A stretch of 64,000 bases of DNA. Source: Takakia lepidozioides (Eukaryota; Plantae; Bryophyta). The position numbers were made by a program, and so were the translations under genes. Shown here one piece after another: positions 52,626-64,000 of the stretch; the first letter of the stretch is position 1; each line of letters opens with the position of its first letter. The stretch spans positions 55,738,001-55,802,000 of the forward strand of contig CM060731.1 of assembly GCA_030704615.1 (NCBI GenBank). The letters are read 5' to 3'. The notes below the pieces were generated by a model. It saw only the letters and a program-made list of their open reading frames with translations, had not been told where the DNA came from and ran no database searches.

Positions 52626-53777
52626 GAAAATCTTGAGCGCTCTCACCTGTCGATCTTGTCTGCATGCGATATTCTCCCAAAACTTAATGACGGAAAGAAC
52701 ATCCCACCCTTAGCGCAAGAGTTGAGGACCACACCAAGGCTAAGAAGATGCGGCAAAGTGGTTCCTGTGATGAAATGCCTCAACGGTACCACAGCCATAG
52801 GAGGAGCAATCAACCCAATATATCTTCTTATCATTATCACATATCCCTTGATTTGGTGTAATTTATCAGTATAAACTAATCCAACATAGCTTCGCACCTA
52901 AGTTTTTCAATCCAAATTTGAGATATTCAACAGTACTGGAAGAAAAAGATTGAGAAATAGAAAACTCTTTCGGCTTGTTACAGATTGGCAGCTCAAGTAG
53001 TTATTGAGAACACTGGGAGTCATGCCAGCAATGAGCACATGCATCCGGGAACTAGCAGTATCAACTATTGTTGCATGAAACTATGCACAATTGTTTACTA
53101 CAATTTGGACAGTTACATGCTCCCAAATCTGGTCTCAAACTGTAGGCAATGGTGTTCTGGAGTGGGTGCAGTACTTAGGTGGACTCTTTCCCCCGAACCC
53201 AAACTCCAACATGCACAAACCGATGTTCTAGTGTGAGGGAGTCATGCAAATCCATTTTATGCTGCATCAATCAATAACAGAAAACCCAAACACCATGACA
53301 ATCACTGTGTGAACTTTTGAAGTGGTCACCATGGAATTTGATCTTGGTGGATTAAGGCTAGCTTTTGACAACATTCATGCAAGTTAGTCAAGGGCGCTAT
53401 CTGAAGCAGGACCACAAAGACACATATAAACACGTCCAAACTTAAGATGCTGAACAAACTTGTGCACAAGGCTGCCCCTCCAATCAAGCTCATTACCAAT
53501 CGTAATTGGTAATGAATAACGATGGCACTCTGATTTCCTTCCACTAGAGTCAGTCACTCTCCCCGTCACTCATTACCTGCCCCAGTCAAGTGCAATCATG
53601 GGCTGACTTCCCACCTATTCTGGAAGACCCTACTACCATTTCCCATAGATATGCTGCAGTGCTCTCAAACGTACAATATGTCAATATTCTCATTCTCAGG
53701 AAATGATGGCTGAACTAAGGAGTTACACAGATCAAGAACTGAAGCCAAACACTTGCACCTGTCCAGAAAAACTTCAT

Positions 53778-56285
53778 TCACCAGTAGTCCCCACAAGAAC
53801 AAACCCCATCTTCAAAGTGGTGAAAGCGATTTGCGTCCCGTACAACAATTGCTCGGCCAACAATCTTTGTGGCAGTCCCCACACACCTGAATTCTTGATG
53901 AGACGGAGAGGCGTCCTAGGGGCCGTGCTGATCAGCCCAAAACCAATGGCCAGCTTCTCACTGTGGTGGCAACGAGAAAATTCCTTTTGCTCCTCCCCCA
54001 CATCATGCAATACAAAGCGCGTGTCAGGCACATACCCTGCCTCCTTCATCTGCCCAGACAATCTTCTCAGCTCAGCATGGACTTCCTTAATTTTGGATGC
54101 AATTTGTCATCTACAACAAAGGTGTGCGACCTGTTGCCAACCTCAATGCAGCGGCGACCTTGGCTCCTTTCGAGCCTCTTTGCACCATTGTCCCACCTGC
54201 CAGCTGCGGCATAATTGTTTGATAGCAACACATAAGTCGCCGCGTCCTGTTCATCCCAGTTGAGAATAAATGTTGCCCCCAAACGAGATCTGGTGTCCTG
54301 GAATGGGATGTTCGCAGGATATGCCCAGCATGGATGTCACAGGGAGGCCCTGCAACTATTTGAAGGAATGCAAAAGGAGGGCTTGAAGCCGGACAGTACC
54401 ACCTTTACATGTGTTCTCTCTGCATGCAGCCACGTTGGCCTACTGGATGAAGGAAGACGCTACTTTGATTCCCTGAGTCAATATCATGGTGTCGTTCTAA
54501 CAGTCAAGCACTTTGGCTGCATGGTGGACCTTCTTGGACGTGCTGGGCGTTTGAATAAGGCAGAGGACCTCATTAATAAAATGCCAATCAAACCAGATGC
54601 TGTGGTGTGGAAGGCCTTGCTGGGTGCTTGCAGAATCCAATGTGGGGATGGCTGAACGTTGTTGAATACTTCCTTTGCATCCTGGATGCACCCACATTTG
54701 GCATACATCTAGAAGGGTATTGTTCAGAATGACATCTGGTACAATTCCAGCTTTGATGATGTCATCATGGACCTCTTTGCCCTTCTCCAGGGATGCCAGG
54801 CTCGCACAGGCATTGCAAGTCCAGGGCTGCCAGGCTCGCACATGCATTGCAACGCAAACAAACCCGTAATGTGGTCGGGCTTCACCCCCTCCCACATCAT
54901 TTGCTGATAGGTCTCCAAAGCCTCCAATCCCCGCCCCTGCTGTGCATGTCCTGCGATCATCACGTTCCACGACACCACATTTCGCTCAGCCATATTGTTG
55001 AACACTCCCTTTGCATCTTGAATGCTCCCACGTTTGGCATACATGTCCACGAGGGCATTGTTCAGAATGACATCTGGTACAGTTCCAGCTTTGACGATGT
55101 CACCATGGATCTCTTCGCCCTTTACCAGGTCTCCCAGGCTGCACACGCATTGCAAATGCAACCAAACGTGATGCGGTCGGGCTTCACCCCTTCTCGCATC
55201 ATTTGCTCATAGGTCTCCAAAGCCTCTATCCCGTGCCCCTGCTGTGCATATCCTGCGATCATCGCACTCCAAGACACCACATCTCGTTGAGCCACATTGT
55301 CGAACACTACCTTCGCATCTTCAATGCTCCCGCATTCGGCATACATGTCCACCAGGGCGGTGTTCAGAATGACATCTGGTGCAATTCCAGCTTTCACGAT
55401 GTCACCATGGACCTCTTGGCCGCCAGGCTTGCACATGCATTAACGCAAACAAACGTGATGTGGTTGGGCTTCACCCCTTCCCGCATCATTTGCTCCTAGG
55501 TCTCCAAGGCCTCCATCCCACGCCCCTCCTGTACATATCTTGCGATCATTGCATTCCATGACACCACATCTCGTTCAGCCATATGGTCAAACAATCCCTT
55601 TGCATCCTTGATGTTCCCACATTTTACATACATGTTCAATAGAGCAGTGCTCAGAGCAACATCTGGTACAATTACAGCTTTGAGAATGTCACCGTGAACC
55701 TCTTTGCCCCTTTCCATGGCTGCCAGGCTCGCACACACTTTGCAAACGGAAACAAACATGACCTTGCCGGGCTTCACCCCTTCCCGCATCATTTGCTCAT
55801 ACGTCTCCAAAGCCTCTATCAAGTCCCCCTGCTGTGCATTGCTGTGATCATTGCACTCCAGGACACCACATTTCATTTAGCCGTGTCGTCAAACACTCCC
55901 TTTGCATCGTCAAATGCCCCCACAATTCGCATACATGTCCACCATTGCAGTGTTCAGAATGACGCCTGGTACAATCCCAGCTTTGCTGATGTCACCATGT
56001 ACCTCTTTGCCCTTTTCCAGGGCTTTCAGACTTGCACATGCATTGCAAACGCAAACAAACGTGATCTGGTTGGGCTTCACCCCTTCTCGCATCATTTGCT
56101 CATAGGTCTCCGAAGCCTCCATCTCACGTGTGCATATCCTGCGATCATCGCGTTCCACGACACCACATCTCGCGCAGCTATATTGTCGACCACTCGCTTT
56201 GCATCACATTTGCCATATATGTCCACGAGGGTATTAGTCAGAATGACATCTGGTACAATTCCAGCTTTGACTATGTCACCAGCTG
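53778..56285 (-). pseudogene. PLS-class PPR-E-DYW RNA-editing factor pseudogene with internal inversion
   Basis: Multiple P-L-S triplets; E2 TYVLLSNNYAAAGRWD; DYW domain [27 protein letters not shown]. Many frameshifts and stops. 54270-54650 lies on the + strand. Confidence 0.92.
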
Positions 56286-57699
56286 AACTCTAAGGGCTAG
56301 AGGGCTCTCTGCACAGATAGCTTGACCGCGAGATGATGGCCATGAGTATGAGGATTAACTGCAAGCACAACGGGAACTCGACATATAGACCCACAGACGG
56401 GCTACAACGCAGCGATATTGAGCGCAGAACGCGGCTTCAAACATCAAAACAAGGCCAGTATGCCAAGGTACGAACGGTTGTAGCTATGGCGCAGCTCCTA
56501 TGGGTCAGTGGCTACCTCTTAGTCACACTAGCAACATTGCTTACCGACATGCTCTGTTTTATATTTGTCCGCACTTCAACCTCACTTGCTACCAAAGCGG
56601 GACAACCTGCTGGTAGCAAGTTAGTGCCCAGACCAGACCTGCTGGAGTGGGTGGGCTTCAAATGCTCAATCCCCTGCATCTCTCCTATTTTTGAAAGCTG
56701 CTGCGCGCCTCTATCATAATATCCCGATTACACAAAGTGGTGGAAGCTTCCACCAACTCGCCGCGCTGTGGCATGTGTACTGTACCGAGCCCAAATTTCA
56801 ATGACCCAGTAGAAACCAGAAGATACTCCCTTAACGTGGGGGCGAGCAGGAGTCTGCAAAATGGTAGGCAACGTTTGTGCACGGAATACGACCCTAGCTT
56901 CTCCAGAGCTGGGAATAAAACTGACATACTCTATCTGCATACTACTCATAGGACGTGCATGAATATCACCTCTGGAAACAGGAAGACAAACACTTTCTAC
57001 TTTTTGAGCACCACGTTACCCCTGGAACTGGTAGCCAAGCATGCTAACTCTGAAACTTCAGCAGAATCTGAGATCCTAGTGGTGGAACGATCTCTGCATT
57101 TACTCTCTCAGATGAAGCAAAGGGTGAAGGGTGTGATTGATAGCAATGGTGGTAATATTGTGGGGTAAGGACAAGGAATTTGTTCTGTCGGGCGAGTTCA
57201 GGATCACTTGAGGGGGGCCATGCACATCTTTTCAAGGGGTTGGGATAGAGTAATACCAGTATAAGCTTCTCTTTGACTTCAAATCTTTCATTAATTTGAT
57301 GTCTGGTTGCAGGCATGGCCCCCAAGACAAGGTCTGCTTGAGCGAGAATTTGTTTCTATCCAACCTGCAATCAGACAAAGACTTGTAAGAAAGGGCGGTG
57401 CAAGAGAAACAAAAACCCTGGCAGACCTTAACAAAGAGAAAAATCTGCCAAAGGGACCAACAAAGGTTTGCGAGTGGGTGTGGAAGCAGGCAGTCACTGC
57501 ACAACGGTGGGGAAGCCGGCTATGGTGGTTCCCTTCACAGTTTGAAGGCCTTGTATCCAAGATTCGATCATCGAAGAGGGAACAGCCGGTTAGAATCCTT
57601 TTTCTTGGACAAGTGAAGTCATTTGTAAGACCCAAAAGGATCCTGAATTCTACACCTACATCACGCGCCTTGGTGTTATCTCTTATTTTCAAATTCCAA

Positions 57700-60600
57700 A
57701 AAGGATAGAATGTACTCATAAGACATTGTTTGCCGTAGCCTTGTGGCCATTGACCCCGCGCCCCGTTTGAGCGGAACATAAAGGGACAGAAACTACCTTT
57801 GTCAGGGGCTGACGCCGGTAGTATGATTTACCTTGGAATAAACAGTTGATCCGAGATTTCCAGATATCCTCCAGAAATCCCTTCACACAAGCATCAATCT
57901 GATGTGTGTGATTTGCCCAATAGCTAGACCCCAAAAGGGCCTGGGCTTTTGGCTCAGCCTCAAGATTTTCAAAGTTGTTAAACAGAGGTACAGGCACAAT
58001 TTCCCTGATGGAATTGAAGAGGGTGTCCCGTTGGTGAGATTACCCAGGACAATGAATCAGGAAGTGAATATTGTCTTCAGGTTGCCCACACAACGGGCAC
58101 TTACAATCCCCCTTTCCTCTCTGCGACTGTTTGTTGTTCAAAGGTAGGCTACCCGCCCTGAGTTTGAATCTAGTGCCGAGGGTGGGTAGACCCTGAGGTC
58201 ATCCATGATGCCTCACCCATGTCACAGACTGGAAACAGGTTCAGGGAAGTTTTCTGCCTAACTTCATTTTCTTCAGACAATTTCCTGGCAATAGACATGG
58301 CTTTGGAAACTTCAGCTTCTAAGCCAGATTTATCCAGCAGGGTCATGGCTAGTGGACTAAGATTCAGATCCTGGAAAATCTCTTCTACCCTCTTCCGCCA
58401 GAACTTAGACTGTTCGACAGGACAGTCCTGCTTCCAAGATATAGAGTCGATTAACTTAGGATATCTGGTATTAGCCATACGATGCCACATTAGCTGTTTT
58501 GGAGCATGCTGACATGCACTCCTTGAGCGCCCCGACTTGGATGGATTCAAGAGACTTAGCCTGGTTGGAGTTATCAACCCATACGCAGATGCATACTCCA
58601 AGGCCGGCCTAATACCGCGGCAAAGCATGGTTTTTTTGACGTCAGAGTTGATCCCTCTGCAGTGGAAAAATTTAGTGAGACCCAGCGCTTTGCATTTGCC
58701 AGATTGAACCACTCTTTGAATATGTGCTTCCCAATTACAGTTGGAGGAAAACTCAACGCCAAGATAGGTGTAGGACGGGAGAACAGGGATCTCTTGGCTT
58801 CCCCACTGCCACTTGAGGTCGCCTTCTCCTTCCCCCCGGTCATTGAATGCCACCACTGCGCATTTACTGACATTGGCCTCTAGCCCCCAAAGATCAAAGT
58901 ATCTCTTCGCGCAATCTATCAGCCCCTGGAGGTTGGAAGGAGTCCCCCTATGCCTGCGACGTCATCCACAAACATAAGGGCTGGTATGGTGGCATCACCC
59001 ACCCTTAACCCAAATCCCTCACTTTCCAACATCCTTGAGCTACACCTTGGTCTATGTCAAAGAAATTAGACTTCTGTCCATTAACAGTGACACAGCTTTT
59101 AGTGTGAGCATATAAGTTATGGACCACTCTCCACACCTTTCCCTTGATCCCGGAAGACCAGAGTCGGAGCCATAGACCGTCTCTCCACACAGTGTCATAG
59201 GCCTTTTTGACATCCAGGAAAAAGACAAAAGTAGGTTTCCCTTCTTTTTTCCTTCCCTGGATAATCTGGCTGAGTGTGAAGATATGATCCACGCAGCCCC
59301 TGTTTCGCCGAAAGCCAGCTTGGCCTTCATGGAAACAACCTCTGGACTCCAGATCAACCTCGAGACGAGTACTTATAACTCTGCAGAATATCTTGCCAAC
59401 TGCATTAAGAAGCGTGATGCCCCGATAGTTACCCGGCTCTTCTCTGTCACCTTTCTTATATAAATTGACAATGACCCCCTGCCGCCAGCGAAAGGGGGTA
59501 ATTTCAGTCCTCCATATAAGGTTAAAGAGAAGAACAAAGGCCTCTATCATAGGGTCACCACCATGCTTGATAAGCTCATTGACAATGCCATCAGGGCCAC
59601 CAGCTTTGTATCCGTTTAGATGCTCAATTGCTTCCGCAATCTCAGAGGAACTAATGGGAGCGTTATAACCCTTTGAAATATACTCCAGTTCATCAGGGCC
59701 GTCTTGAATCATAGACACAGTTCTTTCTACTGTGAAAACCCCTCGCTGCTAGAACTAGAATTTATGCCAAGTGTACTGTAGTGGGTTTCAAAGGTGTTGA
59801 CACTGTCAGCCGTTGAAGTCACCACTGCACCCTTAGGGGTCCTCAGCGCTTGTACTTGCTGACAATTTTTCGGCTTGTACAGACGTTGAAGGGCCAACCA
59901 GAATTTCTTGTCATACCACCGTGGTGGTTTGAGTTTATTTCCCTGTATAACTTATCCCAATATAGTTTCTTCTGAGACCTTACAAGCTGATTGATATCTT
60001 TGCGGAGCTGGTAGTACCTAACCCAAAGGTCATTATTGACTTTCATTCTGCAGCACTCTTTAAAGAGGGCTCGTCTCTCGGCAATCTTGAGTTTGATCTC
60101 ATTGGTCCACCAATTAACGGCTCTACCGCACAATTAGTTTCCTCCCAATGAGCTTTTCAGCCACAGAAGAGACGAAACTCTCCCAAGAGTCCACCGCTCT
60201 TTTGACTTCATTTCTTGCATTGCCAGCGCGAGATTGAAGGTCTTGGAGTGAATGGACAAAGTTGGGCAGAGCCTCTTGCGAGGCCTGGACTTACTCAGCC
60301 TTGACCTCTTCATTTCGGAATTTTTCAATGCACCACTTCTGGATCGAATGTTTCACAGATCTCTTGGTGTTGGGGAAACACCTTTTGATCTCAGTCCAAA
60401 CCAGAAAGTGGTCAGAGGTACCAATATCAGTTCTGTCAATTAACACATTGGCACACTGGGGACACCGATTCTTGTCCACTATGATATAATCCACAATGGC
60501 TCGTTCCCCAGTTTGGGCTTTGTCACGGGTCCACTGCACCTGGTCACCTTTTGACCTATTGTTCAGGGTCGAAAGCTGAAGCTCTTCCAGACAGTTAATT

Positions 60601-61800
60601 AACCGTCTTCCATTAGAGTTCAGCTCGTCCTCACCAAAAGGTCCGATGATATCATCCTGGTGAAGACCTTTACCCACCCGGGCATTGAAGTCACCCAATA
60701 TGACCACCCTTGGCAATGAACTTAGCACAGTCCAGCTTTACATCTTCGAAGGCTTTATCTGCGTCAGCACTAAGGGTCCCCTCTGTGGGCATGTAAACAC
60801 AGCCCACAAAGAGGTCCTTCATACTCACGCTGCCCTTCAATTTCAGTTTCAGCCAGATACTGTGCTCATACCACAAATCCTTGTTGACAATTTCACAATT
60901 GTCACACAAGAAATCTTGGACAAAGAAGCCAACACCTTTTTGCCCACGCTTGGCAGAGGTCACCTTAAGCGCACACATATAGTCAAACCAACGGTAGCCG
61001 TTGACATCTCCAACCAGTTTGTCCGAAGTTTCCCATGTCTCTTGCCCAGCACAGATATGAATACCATTTGACTGAAGAACTTGTCCCACTTCAAATTGTT
61101 TCCTTTGGTTAGTCAACCCCGAGAAGTTGAAAGTGCCCAGCCGCAAGCCAGCCTTTTGCATATGGATTGTTTGCCGTCTAGGGAGCCTATGATTGCTCCT
61201 GGACGACCAACCGCTCTGCAAAGGGGGATCAGTTGCCCCATGTGTACATTTTGGGCGTCTAGAGTAAACTTTAAGGAGTGGCAAACCATTCAGAGTGCCA
61301 AATCCTTCAGGCGAAGATTTAATTCTTCTAGAGTAAACCTTAAGGATTGGCAATCCATTCAGAGTGCCAAATCCTTCAGGTTCCTGACGCTCAGCCTCAG
61401 CACACATAGGGCCAACTAACCTGTCTGGCTGCTTGGTATCAATCTCTTCCAGGGCTTCAAACCAGTTAGAAACTTTCAAGTTGAAGTCCCCACACTTGAC
61501 TGTCTTCCTAGAGCACCTCATTGAATCACCAATGTCTAAGACCGCCCTCCAACCAGTCAAGGGGCGAATTTCTTTGAAGCTGATTTGATGTGGGATTCTA
61601 TTTGTAGCAGATGTAGGCAATGAAACCTTCAAAGTACCTCTGTTATCCAATCTTGAAATGGTGCCATTAGCCACATAATCCAAGCCTAAGCTGGAGCAGG
61701 TAGTTTTAAAGGACACATTGTCCATCCTGGGATTCACCCCAAAAACTACACATGAAGCTCTAGATTTGGCATGAGTAACCATTTCCCAGGAATCACCCTG
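57700..61800 (-). mobile_element. Degraded LINE (ORF1-like region, APE, RT, C-terminal Zn finger)
   Basis: LGTFNFSGL, GDFNARVG, VDYI, SDH (APE); KAGGPDG, NYRGITLL, FLDVKKAYD, GVAQGC, LMFVDD (RT); CPLC..HFLIHC. Confidence 0.9.
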
Positions 61801-63072
61801 AGTATGTTATTATCGGAGTGGCCAAATATTTTTTCTGTATTCGCAGGCTGTAAGTTTAAGCACAAGGACCAACCCTAGCCCAAGTGCCGAGCATGCTAGA
61901 CAGAGCATGCAACTGCCCATTTTGGGCGGAGGGGCTGCCCCCAAGCGGTAGGGGTCCGCTTGTTACCATTCAGAGATCATCACTCCAAAGGAGCTGCAGG
62001 GAATGGCCCGCGTATGTTCTAAAGAGGGAGAGGCCCCAGACTCTCCAACTAAATCCAATGTACTACCTTACCCAAAGCAGAGTGCTTCAGGTCAAAACAA
62101 ATGAAGACACAAGGTCGCAAGGCCGGCATTTAGTCACAGAGACATTTATGTACTCCCATTTCAAGTCCACCCAATGTCGATGGGCTTCCTAGAGGGCAGG
62201 GAGAATCCAAAAAAGGATAGAGTGACACGGGGAGGGAAGAAGGGGTGAGAGAGTAGGCGTAAAAAAGATGGAGGTTTCAACAAAGTTATTGATCTAATGC
62301 AATGCCACAGGTACGTCATGCACAATGGCGTAGTACATTCAAGAGGCGAGGGCTCATGTTTCTGGTTGGCTCTCTGCTTATCACTGGTGGCCCTGCTAGT
62401 TTCGCTCTTCCTCCAACTTGTAAGTGCTCCCCCCTAACCCCCTCTTCTTGTCTGTGGAGTTAGTTGCACTCTTGGGATTGACACATGAAGATGGAAATGC
62501 TGTTAGGGCCTGTCCAACATCTACCACCCAAGAAGTGGAGATAGAGCGTTATTTCAATTTTCTTGCCCTTCCTACTATGAGATAGCATGCTCTTGGTCTC
62601 GTCCTTAGCATAGGCCTCCAGTTTTGAGGATCTAAAGTTGGAGTTTGACGTGTGGACACTATAATTCTTTCTGTCTTCTCTTGCTCCAGACACCACACTG
62701 TATCATCGTGGTGGGGTAGGCCCTCCCTAAGAGGGGAGTGGGACTTTTGACCACAAGGCAAGAACAAAGCACATTTTAGAGAAAGATGACTGACAACTGC
62801 TCTCTCTCTCACGACTCATACACACTCACAAATTTGGTTTTGGTTGCATGTGCTTGTTAGGGGCATTGACGGAGGAGAATTTGATTTTTCTTGAGGCCTG
62901 GCGGACTGTGGATCGTGCGTATGTGGACAAGACATTCAATGGTCAGAGTTGGTTCCGGTGCCGTGAAGATGCACTGCGTCATGAGCCCATGAGCACACGG
63001 GAGCAAACTTGTATGTCAATCAGTTTTTCACCTTTTTGTGACCACTGTGCTATACCACTGAGCCATCTGCTT

Positions 63073-63480
63073 TAAGAACTTGTCCCACTTCAAATTCTTT
63101 CCTTTGGTTAGTTAGCCCACAGAAGTTAAAGGTGCCCAGCCGCAGACCAGCTTTGTGCAAATTGTATGTTGTCTAGGCGGCTTTTGAATGCCCCTAGACA
63201 TCCTGCAATTCTGCATTGGTGGATCTTTTCCATTGCGTGAGGCTTTGATCCTGTCGCGTAGACTTTGAGGATTGGCATGCCAATGAGCATGCCGTACCCT
63301 TCATTTGCTCGTTGATCAATCCCTGCACGCTCAGGTATTCTGCATTTTCTGGGGCAACTGCTTCCAGGGCTTAAACAAATTGGGAACTCTCACTTTAAAA
63401 TCCACATCCGTGATTGTCTTCCCCGTGTGCCTCATTGAATCACCAATGTCTACTACTCTCCAACAGGTCAAGGGTCGAAG
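63073..63480 (-). mobile_element. Diverged 5' fragment of the same LINE family
   Basis: 63075-63155 and 63360-63480 are similar to 61075-61155 and 61445-61570. Confidence 0.75.
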
Positions 63481-64000
63481 ACAGAGAGAGAGAGAGAGCT
63501 TGCCCCCCTTGTTGCTCAGCCACTTCTGGAACTTGAAGATGGCTAAGACTGACAGAGTACCCATATATATTGAATATTAGGGGCTCCTTCCCCTTTTTCC
63601 AAGCCTATAGGTGTGTGCTAGGGAGAGCCAAGTGGCCGAGCATATGTAATTGGAAGAGTAATTATTGCATTGCAATGCTGAAGAGCCAAAAATTGCCATA
63701 GATGGAGTCCTGGCTAAACCTTGCAAAGCCACCTATTAAGTACTAGAGGATAGTACTTAAATGTGGCTTTAGAGGAATCATTAGATTGACAACCTGAATG
63801 AAAAGGCTTAAAACAGGTTAAGGCTGTGTACCTGCATTAAAAGGTTCAAAACAGGTAGCCAATTACCCTATTTCAAGAAACCTTATCAAAAAAGACTATT
63901 TAGTAAGTGTAAGTGTCTTACTTAGCAACACTACATGGATCAGATTTGAGCATCAAGAAAGATGAACCCAAAGATTAAACCACATCGAGCAAAAAAAGGA

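Noticed and set aside
56300-57700. Short ORFs between the PPR pseudogene and the LINE
   Set aside because: No recognisable motifs; left unannotated.

Overview
Eukaryotic, transposon-dense window from a land plant, probably an early-diverging one (PLS/DYW PPR genes, plant 26S rDNA, tRNA-iMet-primed LTR element). There is a 500-N gap at 36756-37255. The left 36.7 kb is a four-level nest. Three copies from two families (A, B) of an unusual large Mutator-like DNA transposon sit inside one another (A1 > A2 > B), and an LTR element sits inside the B transposase. Each family has the same three-part layout. (i) A minus-strand transposase with GCM-like Zn domain, MULE DDE core and SWIM finger. (ii) A divergently oriented, intron-containing gene fusing a ParB/Srx-like domain (WDGNHR) to a beta-class N4/N6 DNA amino-methyltransferase fold with a non-canonical DIPD motif. 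(iii) A family-specific array of palindromes with a TGCGG core, with a 53-bp period in A and 116-bp in B (about 5 and 11 helical turns). B is inserted exactly into an A palindrome with a 9-bp TSD. The nested LTR element encodes an intact Gag-PPR fusion, and its ends are most simply explained by integration from a circular intermediate. The right part holds a related LTR end abutting a 26S rDNA fragment, degraded Gypsy/Copia/hAT/LINE remnants, a MITE, and a PPR-DYW pseudogene with an internal inversion. All domain calls come from visual motif recognition only; no database searches were run.
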